64,000 nt of DNA from Lingula anatina (GCA_051362555.1 CM120649.1:5394001-5458000), one strand, 5' to 3'; counted from the first letter of the stretch, positions 1 through 14,361 are shown. Numbers and translations: made by a program. The notes: generated from the letters alone by a model not told the origin.

Positions 1-3000
1 CCTTGTTATGGAGGTTATAGCGTGAATTTAACCTGTGCGGGGAGGATTATTTCGATCTCATGCTAAATTTGCCTATTGCTTTAATCTCCTTTTTTCTGTG
101 CTTAATTCGATACATCGATGCGCTTTACAAACAGGCAAGTATTGCATAACCAGCATATTTATCAATACGCTGAAAAATATATTTATAAACCCATTTAAAA
201 AAGTTCCTCGTGTGTATTTATGGATTATTTTGTGGTTAGCAGTCAATGATATGCCCCTTGGGCTGTGCATATTCATGGCATATTTGTACTGAGATCCGGC
301 TGTGCACTCCAAAGTCTTCCCTCGAGAGCTCAAGAGTAACAAAGGACGCCAGGGGAAACTGATCTATATATTTACACGTCCGACGCGCCGTCTTCGTGTG
401 TTCCCATTGACGCGGATAAATAAGACGTTAAAGCGGTGCTTTATAAATCTTTTTCAAAGGAGCGCATAGCACGAACGATTCTACCTCACATACAGGGCTC
501 CATAGGAATTAATTTATTCATGGCATGTATGAATAGTGATTCAGTTAACGTACCCCGGGCCCCCGACGAGCATAAGCGGCATTCTGCGCCGGGGGTATTA
601 CGGTGTGTTATAGATTTCTTTTCAAAGGAGCGTTTGTCACGGCATTTACATAACGAAGACACGCACACCGTGATAAAAGAACTCGAGCGCGATAATCGAT
701 AAAGCAGACTGCGGTCGTAGGCCTGCGCACCCGGGTTGCGGTACACGGTAAATTAAGGGCGAATAATTAGACAGGAGATTGCTGGCGTGTGTTCATCACT
801 TGTGAGCTTGCCAGCGGTTTTATTCTCAAAATATATGAACTCGTGGCTAACATTGTACTGCACATATGTATGTATGTATGTATGTATGTATAGTAGGCAA
901 GTCTGTGTGGCAAGTTGTATATTTGTCTATGTACGTAGTAAACATCAGACTGAAACACACGTGGAGATAAACGAGGTAAAGTTACAGCTTATAAGAAAGC
1001 GGGAATGTGAAGTGTTTGCTTTGAACTAGCGACTGATAGGCACGACGTGCCGTTGAAAGGGAAAAAAGCGCAAAGAACAAGAAAGCACAAGTGAAGCTTT
1101 ACCTGTACGCAGTAGGGAATTGTTTCGTAAACACTAACATTGTTGTCATTGACGTGTATTTTACACTTTGTCACTACCTATCCAAATCGTCTCCAAGTGT
1201 TAAATGCTAGACAAAAGACCCACGCTCTTGCGTAACTTAACGCGGCCGCCTTGATATCTTTGAAAATAAGCGGCTCTTTCACGAAAGCGCTAGCCTAGGT
1301 CTATTTTAAATGTAAATGTAATACGGGCGTATGTAGAAGACTTACGTTACTCATATTCCATTTATAAGAATTGATCGATCGAGAGTTTCTGACGTACTTT
1401 GACTGGCGGCGTCGACTTGAATTGCTTCCCGATGGTATTTATACCACTGGTGCGAAACGTTTTGGCACGGTAAGCGCGTGCCAGCGATAGCTTGCTGTTG
1501 TCTTCGGTGCGCTTTTTACCTACGGGGATTTTTATTATTTTTTTTTTTGTGTGTGTGTGTGATATCGCAGTGTAAACGATAAGGCTTCCACCGTCTGCTG
1601 CACTCATTGCAAATGCAGGAAGTCTAGCGGGAGAATTACCGCGTAAGTCGTCTTAATGTGCCGTTGTTATTTTGACATTCTTGAAGAATATGGTGGAGGA
1701 AAAATGCACATGTATACTTATTGATTGGGTTGAAATTTGAATAACGGGTGCATTTCATGGAGAAGAGCGTGTATTCGTTATGAATGCTGGTTTAGTAATT
1801 TTTTTTGTACAAGTGCATTTTTACAATGGCCGTGGCCTTAGAAAATGTTTTGTAACTGCGATACTGAAACCACAATAACAATTTTAAAAAGTTGTTTACA
1901 CAGATGGGGGAAAGGCGTCACGTTCTGGCCCACTTTTCAAAGCCTCACAAACAAGGCAGAAAGAAAATGTCACGGTTATGATGTCAGGCGTCAGAATATC
2001 TTTATGTGACAGACAATAGAGCTCCGCATTTAGAGTAGTGTGGAGGTCATTTGAATGGAGATCTATAGAATCTCTTGCGTCACCCTTGTGTCTCGGTACA
2101 GCACTAGACAAAGGGGACCCGGGTAAAGTCAAGTAAGGTTATATGGCGCCGGGAATCTTTTTGTCCGAAGTGAACCTGCCACAGTGCGTGATATTACTAC
2201 ACAAAGTTGCACTGGCAATCAGTTTAGAATTACTGCTATTTTTTCTTAACAAGTCAGGGACGACCTATAGGCCTAACGACGTGCGCTGAAAACGCCTTTA
2301 CTTGTTACAAATGAAAACCATTTCTGGCGTGTTTCGAACGCGAAGCTGGGTGTTCTGTCCACGAGCGCGAGGCTTGATTGCTTGACTTAGTTGAGAAATA
2401 TGAAATTGATGCTCCGCTGATAATTAATGGGGAAAATCTGTTTGTAACTCGTCCTTTGCGTGCCGAGCATTCTCCTGGAAGACATTCATGAAAAATGGAT
2501 TATCTGTAGACAAATTCCAAGCTCTGTTCGAGTCGCAACAAGATCCACTGCCGGTAATGAGTAAAGACGACGGAGTTGGCTGAGAAAGCAAATAACGAAA
2601 CGCGTGCGTCACGTTTGCGTCAGCTGTATTGTCTTGCCTCGCATTCGTAAATAAAAAACCAGCATTAAGTCGGATCGAATATAGGACAGAAGCTACCTGA
2701 TGTGTATTCAAGTTGCGTAAGTCAACACGTTGCATTTCTCGCTAGGCATGTAGCATGATATGTATGTATATATAATTTTTTTTCGCAGAGGACCCGTAAT
2801 CTTACCTAACCGCTTTCGGTCTATTTTTGGAGAAGACAAGCAAATGATTGATCATTCCAATGCAGTAAAAATGCTTTCGAGATAGAGCAATTATGGAGTT
2901 AAAATAGCGTTTGGCGTCACAGTCTACCGAAGCGAAGGGGAAGCGAAATACTTAGCGTTAATTTAAGGCATTATTTATCATCAGAATAGAATGCACTGAC

Positions 3001-3555
3001 AAGTCTGGAAACGCAATGACAGCGATCATTAAAGAAGCATTACGCGTACGTCGTATTAATTTGTTGATGAATTTTTTATATCCAGTGTCGCATCCCTTCA
3101 TTAACCATCTCCCCCCCCCCCCCATAAAATACGCGCACGATTTCACCTGTGGTATTTCAAGACAGCGGCAACTCCGTCTCAAATATTCGTCCAAATGAAG
3201 TCGTCCACTTCGTCGCAGTTTTTACGGTTCAGAGTTCCCAGCGACGGTCGTGCAGTCCAAGCTGTTTACTTCTTTCTCGAGTTGTCTGCGATATCGTAAG
3301 CAGATAGCGTTAATTAAGCGCGATAAGCAGCTCTGATGTGAACCGCAATTTGGCGACATTTACTTCGCGTGATAAGCCAGCTTAATGCCGAATTCAGTTA
3401 ATGAGATCCCGCGGGTGCGAATCGGATATGAATAATGAACTAAGCTAAAGTAATTTTGTCAATTTCAATTGACTGTATAAATTCCTGGAATTCATTTGCG
3501 TTTGATATGGACAAGGTCATTCTAATGAAATGTATTTTCTTGTTTATTACAGACG

Positions 3556-6500
3556 ATGTACCGAAGACCGCCTTTCTACGCAGTGCCGGCAGCAGGCGCA
3601 CATTACCCAGCATCCCCTGCACAAAATGGCATCAAGAGTCCGCCACCATTTCCAAGCAGACGATCGCCCGGAGCGAATTTGTTTGACAGAGCACAAGGTT
3701 TTTATCACGCAGGTGTCACCGCACGTCAAATCATGCCTGCTACGGCTGTTGCTATGGAGGAGCAAGCTCCCCTGGATTTATCCAAACCTAATAATAAGAC
3801 TAAGTCACCACGCGAAGTTTTAATAAGAGATGTCGACAGCCCTTTGGATTTATCAGTGAAAACACGTAAAAGAAGTGCAGATACGACTGACAATGAAAAT
3901 GACGATGACGTCATATTTCTCAAAGAGGAAGGCCCGCCTCAAGCCAAATATGCAAAGGACGAACAACACACTTCACAAGCTTTTAAACTGCAGAACAATC
4001 TCAACATCGGGAGTCCGAGGCGAACATTTTGTAAAAACAATGGTTATCTCATGTCGCCCAGTCCTATGAAAGAGCCGCCACTATACACGGGGACTTGCAC
4101 TCCCGGGAATCAGGTAGACCGAAACCCTTACGGTTCTCAAGCAGATGTTACGAGCAATCAGCATTCGCCGCTTGGTCGTCCCAAGTTCATGCAGCAGATC
4201 ATACCTACAGGCACGCGAACTTTTCAACCGCAGTCACGGCCTGTAGGGGGCGTGACAAATATAAACCCTCATTCTCAGCCCGGTGCTAATAAGATACCTG
4301 GGTCGACTGTTCACATTCCTACCAGTGCTAATAACACAATCTCTCCAGAGAGACGGGCGGTGAACCGTTCAGTGGCACCCTCTCACGGCAACCTAACTCC
4401 TGGCAGACCATACACCTCTAAAACAGACGCCACCTCGCACCGGACAGTAAGCCCCGCAGCCTTGGATGCATTCATGGCCCTCAGGCAAAAATCTTACGGC
4501 CATGTTTCACCGCATCAGGAAATGAATGGTAAAGCAGCGGCAAAACAGTTAACTGGGTCACCCGAGAAAAATACTTTTCAAAATGTTCACGATGCTGGGG
4601 TGAGGCAGTGTGCCACTCGTTCAATTGGTCAGATTCCACCAATGCCGCCCTTGATCAAGGTGTCTCCCTCTGCAGGGCACAATGAAGTCAGCGGGACTTC
4701 TTTACAGCGATACCCGGCAAACGGCGGACACACAGTCGCTAAAATGTCGCCGTCCCCTTCTAAAGCTGCGCCGGAATATCAGACAGTGCCTAACCACCAC
4801 TATGGAGCTGTCCAAAGCCGCAAGGGGACCTCGGGGCTGTACCAGCAGCATCAGGTCCCCCATGTTGGAACGACGTCGCACACGCAGTCTGTGTCTCAAA
4901 TAACAATGCACCATACCGGAACATTAGCAGCAGCTCAGGGTTTGTCGCAGATACAACGTGCCCGGATGTCCGCCCCATTGCCACAGTATAACAGATCACC
5001 CCAACGCGCCAGAACCCAACAGACAACGCAACAGAACACTGCGCCACAAAATCAAATGGTCGTGCAAGAAAGATCATACCCGGAAGTAACACACGTTCCG
5101 AACTCTCGCGCAGATCTCGTAGGAGAACCTAGGGTGCATACGCAACCTGCTCAACCACACCACAAGCTCAATCAATATTCCGATATCATGGCAAAGAATA
5201 TTACTCAAACAACAGAAAAATACCAATTTCCTTTAAGAACAGTCACAAATGCTACAACAGCGGAGCTTGTAGGGCAGCCGAGGGTAAAACAGTCGCTGCC
5301 TGACTACAAACTCGGCCAGGTCCCCGATTCAACAGCTCGGCATGAAACAACAGGAAAACTGTCTGAATATTCCGCAGACACAACGCATGTGCTCGCTTCA
5401 AGGGCCGTCTTCGCGTATCACAAGGCAGCAATGCATTACGCAAAATCTAAAATGGCTGCAGGTACACTGCAGCAACATTCATCTGCGTCGATCGAGATTA
5501 CATCCGGGAACTCCGTTGACGCAGTAAAATCTGGGCACTTAAATGATACATCAACCAGCCATTTTGGCATCTCTAGAGAAAATATGCCGTCGCTAGGCAA
5601 CCAGACGCAGGCGAACAGCAACAATACAAATTGTACAGGTCGAACGACTGGTCAGCCGGCGTTCGGACATCAAAGGTCAACTGTCACTGCCCTTCCAGAT
5701 AATAACGCCAACATGCGCGTTCAAAATGATGAGACTTACCAAGCGGAATCTACAAAAGCAGACAACACACGGCCTTTTTCTAAGAACGATGGCGTTCCTC
5801 GGCAACATTCTCTTAAAGAGGACTTCATCCGGGCCATTAAGAAATATGAGGTATTTAATGTTAACCCGCTGGACGTGATGAAACTGCGTAACGCCTCGGA
5901 GTCCGCGCACAGTGGTAGTATAGTTAATGGGACCCCGTGGACACCTGCGAATAAAACTGAAGCAGCTGATGCTGCAACAAATGCCGCAGAGGGTCCGACA
6001 TCTGACTCAATACGCACTCGCAGCAAAAAACAACGGTCTGACAACCAAGTGCTTGTTCCTGTAAGTCGGACATCGGGTGCTAAAGTAGTTCAAGGTGCAG
6101 TGGTCTCAAATCACTTCAGCACCAATGAGTCGTGCTCTCGACATGAAAATATTGCCACTTCTACACCTATAGCCTTCCTCCCTTTTCAAATTACACATCC
6201 TATCACGGCAAATGTTTCTAGAGCAACCCATTCATACACCTCTACTCAACGTAATACGGAAAGGCAGAATCTTTCGCTTTCAAGCGACCCGTCAGGACAG
6301 TCTTTAAGCGGTAGAAGTGCTACTGCAACCTCGGCGGAGACCGCCTCGAGTGTTACGTCATCAAAGGTAACTCCAAGCGTTTTGCGTGATACTTCGTCCA
6401 CCTCTGTCACACCACTGTCTTCAGTTCCGAATCTTTCGGCGTTTATGCCAACCGGACAGGGCAACAAGTCCCCGCCATCACCAGTTCGGGATAGCCATCA

Positions 6501-9500
6501 AGACGGGCCACAGACTGTGGTGCCATCTACCCGGCCAGCTTCCATGCTGCAAGCTATAGAGCAGAGTGCGCGCGCCGTCACGTATCGGGATTACAAAAAG
6601 CCCACCCCCGTTACAAGTAAGATTGTAAATAACAAGGGGTCGAACAAACCAGGAAGTAGTAACAGGCCTAACACTCGATGTAGGGCTCCTGCACCATCTG
6701 GTGAGTGTAACGCAACTGATGAAGACGAGCTGATCAAGTATCGCTCTTCCCTTCGCATGCCCCCGCAACTGTTAAGAACCAAGGTGGCGCCTAATCCAGT
6801 TCGATCAAACGCAGCGGGAGTTGATAGCAGCATAAAACCTTACATTTCGGTGACCAAAGCATCTGTCAGTCCGGCAAAATTGGATCCTGGGAACAGCGGT
6901 AGATATGCCGATAGCAACACCAAGAAGGAAACTGGAAATCCGATTAAGTCAGAACCCATAAAGGGAGAGTTATGTAATAAAGAGGTCATGCTGACAGAAA
7001 GATGTGGAAGTGATGCTGGTAAAGATTCGGTGCAAAGTGACGTTTCAAAAATGACGTGTATCAAAGGGGAACCAACGACAGAAACGCGGGAATCGCATTC
7101 CCCGAAAGGCTCCGCAATCCAGACCAAAAGCCCAAATCGAAAAGGGAACCGTAAGCCCGGGAACCGCAAAGATACTAAAGTGCAGCCGAGAAGGGGACCG
7201 AAAGGAGAAAAAGCGAAATGTAAAGCTGAACTGCTACAAACGACAATTGACACGAGAGAGTTTTCGGAGAAATTTGTGAAAACTTTTGGTCGCAAACATT
7301 CACAGGGACTGTTCGAAACACTTTCAAAATCTTTGAATGTTTCCTCGGCGTTGAATGATAATACTAGCATTGCGCAATCGAATCAAAGTGCATCTGGCAA
7401 AGATGTAGCAAAAGTATCTCCAGGATCACGTACAGAAAAATCACCATCTCCCACTGACAACTCTAAAAAGGATGACATTTTGACTAATGAGGAGATGAAA
7501 AATATTTGGTGCAGAATGAAGATGGAGAAGCAGCAAGAGAAAGAAGTAGGTGACACGTCCAGTGCACTTATGAACGAACCACCAAAATCTGTGACAATAT
7601 CTCCAGAAAGGGACGATAAAGCAGAGTCAATAAACGCAAAACGAAATTCCCCGAAAACTATGAAATTTACGACTAAGAAATTTTCAATGAACTTGAAGAA
7701 ATTGTCGCCGCTCATGCGCAAAGCATCTCAGGCCCTCATGCAAGAGATGCAACGCAGGGGTCACTTGACCAGGATGAACGGATCTTCCGGTGCAGCATCC
7801 GGTAAGAAATCCCCGAGATTAAGCCCAAAGAGGCCTAGCACGCCAATTAAATCAAAGTCTCTACGAGCTGAGAGCCCTTTTAACTCTTCACCTCGGGAAA
7901 GTCCTGTTAAGATGGAAACAGACGAGAACGAATTAGAAAAGAGGAACACTATCGAGCAGACAGCTCAAGAAGAAACGAAACCGGTGCCGAAGAAAGAGAA
8001 GGAAGCAACACGACCCATTTTACAAAGGAGAGGACGACAGCTCTTGCGCAATCAGGACTTTGACAGCGAATCTGGCTCGCGGGATACGAGTCTCGAGTCG
8101 CGTGACACGAGCTTGGACTCTCAGGGCCGCCCGTCAAGTCGCACGCGCAGGACGCGCATGCTCGAAGAGATTGCCAACACGGACGGTTTTGTGGCAGAAC
8201 GCAGGGGCCGGAAAATTGAGAACCTGTTTGCTCATCCGTCTGAGTTGGACCGAGAGGCAAGGTGGTTGCAGGTAAAGTTTTGGTAGAGTAAGGCATATGA
8301 TAAAAAGTTTATCGTTTAAGGGGCCCTATTAACATCTAGCAGTGCATTTAACTGGTCCGGTCGCTTATGTGAGATTGGCAGTTGAATGACCCGGATGTTA
8401 CGTAAGAGAGTCACTTAAACAAAACCCCCTGCACTGAACATGGTCAGCTTATAAACTTACTTAGGCCGCGTTCTGATTCAAACATCGTACCATGTTGATC
8501 GATCCTACTTTGCGAGGGATTTTCACGAAAGTGCATTCAGTGTAATCAGTTTAATTGTCAGACATGCCCCCTCAGTAGCTAGTGAATTACTTATTTACCC
8601 CCTAGCAACTAGGATGTGTCAGACATTTAAGCTGATTACAGTGACTGCACTTAGGGAGAAATTCTCGCAGAGTTGGATCGATTCGGCTAGTACGATGTGT
8701 TTATCTGAGCGCTCCCTTAAAAAGCAACTTGTGAAATAGAGTAGTGCCTCCTGTAGAGTGACTAGATGTTCGGATCTCTCAAAGTGGACCATTCTATTAA
8801 ATGTACCACTCGATATAAAATGGGCCGAAATTGTCTACCTATTCTTCATGTTTAGTTCTTTCAACCTTACTTAGACAAATTCAAAGTGAAAATTAGGGGC
8901 GCATTCAGATAGACCCATCGTACAAACTGGGTCGGTCTATTCCTGTGGGGAATTCTCTCGATTTCCACTCAGTAGAATCAGCTTATATGTCTGACAAATC
9001 TCCTTGAGCAGCTAGGGGGTAATTACTCTTCTCGAGTAGTACGATGGGTTTATCTGAATGTGGTCTTAGCAATATTTTTCTGTGTTCAAAAGGAAGAAAA
9101 AGGTCGGGATTATTAGTTAAAATCTAGTACCTCAGTGTACGGTGGTGTAAATATTGAAGAGCGAGAAACTCAAATGATGCCGACGCCAACACGTTTAAAA
9201 ACGCATCGATCCGATCTATCATGGCACGATTTATCAAATATTTAAAAGTACTTGCCTACATTTTAAAGCACTTGGCCACACTGGAAAGCGAGCTTTAATC
9301 GATTGTCAGAGAAAATATCATCCAGATAGACGTAATGATTTTGTTTCTTGTAACCCTATAGATCGGTGTCAAGTAATAAATGCCTCTGCAGGCAAAGGAG
9401 CTGATATCAAGTACAGGATATTTATAATTAATGAGAACTTTGCTCCAGCGAGACAAAAACTCGCCCCTATTATCTGTTTCCTTGTTATCAAAACTGCGCA

Positions 9501-12399
9501 GTTACTTTTGATTTGCGCCATAATTGATGTACTTTTGGAATATAATCAAGCTTATTCTGGCGTTAATATTCTCATGTGATAAATATAAAAACCGTCAGTT
9601 AATAGATGCGGGTAAATAGTATAAGCAGGTTTAAAACGTATGCTTTCACAGACAGTAATATTTTGTCTCCCAATCCACGCCGTGCTTGATAATGTATTAG
9701 ATTCTGGATTAATTGTTTATCGATTGGTTCAAATGTTTCTGTGCTGTCTCGCAGCGGGCCATGATGAAGTTCACTGAAATGGAAACAAAGCCGGACGGAG
9801 ACGACCTCACCGCTTCACGGCGCAGGAGGAACCCGAACGCTAGTGCTCTCACCAAAGCTGCACAGCTCCGGCGACGCGCGTGCAGGTTTACGAATAAATC
9901 GGGTAAGGAAGGCGTTGAGTTCAACTTGAATTAAATACTGACTTCTGTGGAAACGGCGGTGTGTTGTTTACGATTATGTGTGCTCGTTACAAGATGATAA
10001 ACGTCCTGTCAGCACAGTGAACTTACAGTACTCTGTGTTGTTGGAATGAAAACAAGTGTTTTGCATTTAGTGCAGTTTAGGCAAAATGTTATTGTTAATG
10101 GGGGTGAAATGCTTTTTTGTTGTGTTTGTTTAGGCATAGGGTAAATCTGCGACGCCCTAGCACTAATAATAAAAATAGATGAATAAATTAATATTCAAAC
10201 AAATAAAAATGAGCAAAAATAAAGAGTAACCTGATCAGACTGTTTTATCGGCTCTGCCATTCAAAAGCAGTTGCAGTTTACTCGTAACTGCCTTCCAGAC
10301 GTCGTGTTTTAACGTCTTTCACTTCCTCTTCCAGGATTAACTCCACAGAAATTCTCGGACTTTAGTCCTGAGATCCTGCCGACAAGGACGCGAGGAACAG
10401 GCCTAGGTGAGTAGTGCGATCTTCGGAAAATTTGGAAACCATTGACCATTTGACCACTTAATCTTGCGAAAGTGTTGACGCCACAGTGTCCGGGGAGGGG
10501 GATCAATCAGTTGTCGAGTCACTAGATCCTTTATCGGGAGGGGGGGGGGGGCGCTGCCGTCGTGCTTAGTGGTGGGGGAGGGGGGAGGGGAGCGACTACT
10601 CTCTCAACCCCCCCCCCCCCCCCACACACACACACACACAAACAATTAGAAGCGAATTATGAAGTTGACAGCGGTGCAAATTTTCAAAGTTGCTTTCATC
10701 CGGGAGATTTGGTTACCTGTACGGAAGACTGGGAGATTTGTTCAGTATCGAGGAGACTTTCCGATTATCGGGGAAAGTTGACATGTATGAATTTCGATCT
10801 TTGATGGTTAAATTACTGTTGTTTTCATGTACCTACATGCGATCGTATAATTTTATCTGACTTGCTTACACGCATCCTTAGTCTATTGCTAAGCACGTGC
10901 CTGCCGTTCTGCAGTAAGCGTGCGAGCAATACTGTCTTTATGTAATTTTTCAAAATCCTTTATCGCAGAACGAATCCGACGACGAAGCTATAACAAGAAT
11001 GCGGCCTACGAAGCTGAGCTTTCTCGGGAGGAAGAACGATTGGAACTCAAGCGGGCCAACCGTCAAGCGAAACGAAACCGAGAGCAAGAACAGTCCAAAG
11101 AAAAAGAAAAACTGGAAACATCTACAGAAATGTCGGTGGATGAGGGTGATGAATCGCAGGTGGACGCAGACGACTTTTCCCCTGTCAGAGGGAGGCGAAA
11201 GAAACGCGGCGGGAAACAGTCTACCGGAAGTCGCGGCAGCAAACGCACGAAAAAAGTTGAGGTAGAGATAGATTACGCTGGATGCGAAGACGCGGACACA
11301 GACGAGTATTACTATGAGGATAACTACGCATACGAGGGGGTGTCGGAAGACCTGCCGTCTCATCTGCATGACGAGGTAAGACAATCATGAATGCACTGTC
11401 AAGGAATTTCGGAAATCGTATAGTTATCAATCAAGTGAAAAACGGCCAAAGGACATAACATCGAAATATCACATAAATGCGATTTATAATAATAGATTTG
11501 AGGCTGTTGAACGTGTCACTTTGTTTTCTAAAAAAAAATGAAGAGTGAGGAAATGCAAAAAAAAAAAACGTCAATGTAAAAAAAAAATCAGTGTGGCCCC
11601 TCTTGGGCATCACGGAGCCACCTATCGTTTTGTGGTGTAATAAGGTAACGATAATCGAAACTGCTGTACTCGCGTTTCCGCAAGCCTACGCTATCCCAGA
11701 GTCAAAACAATATACCAGACCGTGCTCTCAAATAAAACCTCTCCATTGCAGTTGAATGACATGATTGACGACGGCACCACACAGAGCGAGGAACAGTTTG
11801 ACAAGCCAGCCGAGACTAACGATAGCTGCGCCCAGGACCGCCGCACGCCTCCGCTGTTGAAGAAGTTGACGTGTAGTAAAACCTCGGGAGAAACGGTTCT
11901 TCACCGAGCGGCGAGGATGGGGTACGAGGTACGTACATTTGATGGGGTACGAAGTAGGTACACTTGATGGGGTACAACGTACGTACATTTGACGGGGTAC
12001 GAGGTAAGTGCACTTGATGAGTTATGAGGTAGGCCTACGTACATTTGACTGGGTACGAGATACGTACATTTAAAGTCCTGTATCATCGGTGGTTTTCTTG
12101 CTCTCAACGAGAGCAAAGTGAACTCAAATTACCTTTGAATTCAGGCATCTTTACTTCGTTTGGAAAAGACTGGGATAATTATATTTTTACCACGCGGAAA
12201 GATGTTATGTTAGAGTAGAAATAGTAAATGAATTACTCACAAAGAGTTTACGTATAACTATTACAAAAGCAAAAGCTTCGCAATAAGAAAATAAGATGAT
12301 TTTAAACTGCAGAAATCTTACTAGCGGTCCGTTTGTTTAGCTGCATTCTTGAAAGCGTGTGGTCTGCAAAACTGTAGGCCCTATGCACTACTCCTTTGT

Positions 12400-12430
<31 letters not shown>

Positions 12431-13410
12431 GGGGCTGATCAATGTAGATGACGGAAGAATGTTTAACAAAAATAGGAAATCTCTCAATTCTTTTACTTTT
12501 TTATTTCTTTGATGTTTTTTTTCATGTTTGATGTTATTTATGTAACCTGTTAAGAAGTACAAGTAATACACCTTGATTCTAAACATGCGTAACTTCAAGA
12601 GCACGTCGTCGTAATGGAACTCTTTGTACAGCTCCTTACGGGAAACTTGGGGTATCTCTTTTAACGTCCATGCGGTCACATATGATAACCGACACTATAT
12701 GCTCTGCCTCTGTTCCAGGACGTTGTTCTACACTGCCTGGAGACGAAGCGGGTGGACATTAACGCCAAGGACAACGCAGGGTACACGCCGCTCCACGAGA
12801 GCTGCGTGCGAGGCAATCTGTCTGTAGCCAAACACCTGCTGGAGTTCGGTGCCAATGTGAACTGTAGCTCACAGGACGGAATACGGTGAGATAACGTAGA
12901 ATACTGTTCTTTGACCTTTTGTGTTGCTTGAAATAAAGAGAGTTAAATATTAGAGATGGGAATTGAGCAATTTGCCGTGATATCCGGCGTTAAAAAGATG
13001 AAATGTGATTACGATTCCACTTTTTTTTTATTCAGGGGCAGGTGAATTTATATATTTATATTAGATTCTTCTTATCGCAATTTGAGATCAGGGCATGAGT
13101 ATCCGATACACTTAATGCTTCATGAATAAGTTGGTATCAAGGTACAAGCTTTCAAGTGGGTCGGCCATATTTGATCTGCGGATCTGTTAGTCCGTGGATC
13201 AACTTTTACTGAATGCGCCCATATAGATGATGATTTTCTCCGTCTCAGGCCCATACACGACGCCGTGGAGAATGACCACGTGGAGATCGTGCGGCTGCTG
13301 CTGTCTTATGGGGCGGACCCCACTCTGGTGACGTACTCGGGGAAGACGCTGAACAAGATAGCACGGTCCAAAGCCATGAAGACGTTCTTAGAAGGTACAA
13401 TAAGATAGTG

Positions 13411-13461
<51 letters not shown>

Positions 13462-14143
13462 TTCCTTCCCCACCCCTCCCTCGCTCCCTCCCTTTCTCTC
13501 TGTCACGCACGCACGCGTAAACATACTTAAGCTCACGTAATATATGTTAATATATGTTAACCGTCCACAGCAGCGTCATTACGGAGGTGTACCCAGGCTA
13601 ATTTGTGTATTTCTAATTATAATTTACAGGCTACTTTGCTGATCTCAAAGTTGGTGACAAAAGCACAGAGATACACCCATGGGAATTTGCCGGTTCGTCT
13701 TCAATACTTGGTAAGTAGACAATAGTACACTCACCAGGCCCTTTTCAAATCGAGCAGTATAGTTATCTGTATCGTACCAGTTTGAAAGGTTGACAACTCC
13801 GACTGGTGCGATACAGAAAGCTGTAGCGTAACTTGATGGCAGAACCCCTCAAAACATGCCGATACATCTGTTTCGCCGAGTTGAATGTATTAAGGCCCTT
13901 CTATCATTGGCACACACGCACATCGTTGATCTTGCATATCGGTACTACATTATGGCCCCGTGCGTCCTTAATATTTATTACGTGGATCCTTCTATCGACG
14001 TTGTGTGCGCTTAGGCTTGCCATCGGCGTTACTTGTCACATGGGAAAAGTCGATTCTATGTGCCATTTTTTTTTTTTTTGAAGTAAAAGAAAGAAAGTTG
14101 AAACGTTTAAATTCTCAAGACATGCATAGTGCGTATTAGCGTG

Positions 14144-14190
<47 letters not shown>

Positions 14191-14206
14191 CGCACAAATC
14201 CCCCCC

Positions 14207-14248
<42 letters not shown>

Positions 14249-14326
14249 AACGCACAAATCCCCCCCTCTCTCTCACACACACACACACACGTGCACACAC
14301 ACACATAGAAACGCACAAATCCCCCC

Positions 14327-14361
<35 letters not shown>

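Noticed and set aside
1-3500. Short ORFs as independent genes
   Set aside because: No recognisable domains or consistent exon chain. More likely BCOR upstream or intronic regulatory DNA.
3547-8296. Many antisense and alternative-frame ORFs over the BCOR giant exon
   Set aside because: Short shadow ORFs of a long coding exon with no recognisable motifs.
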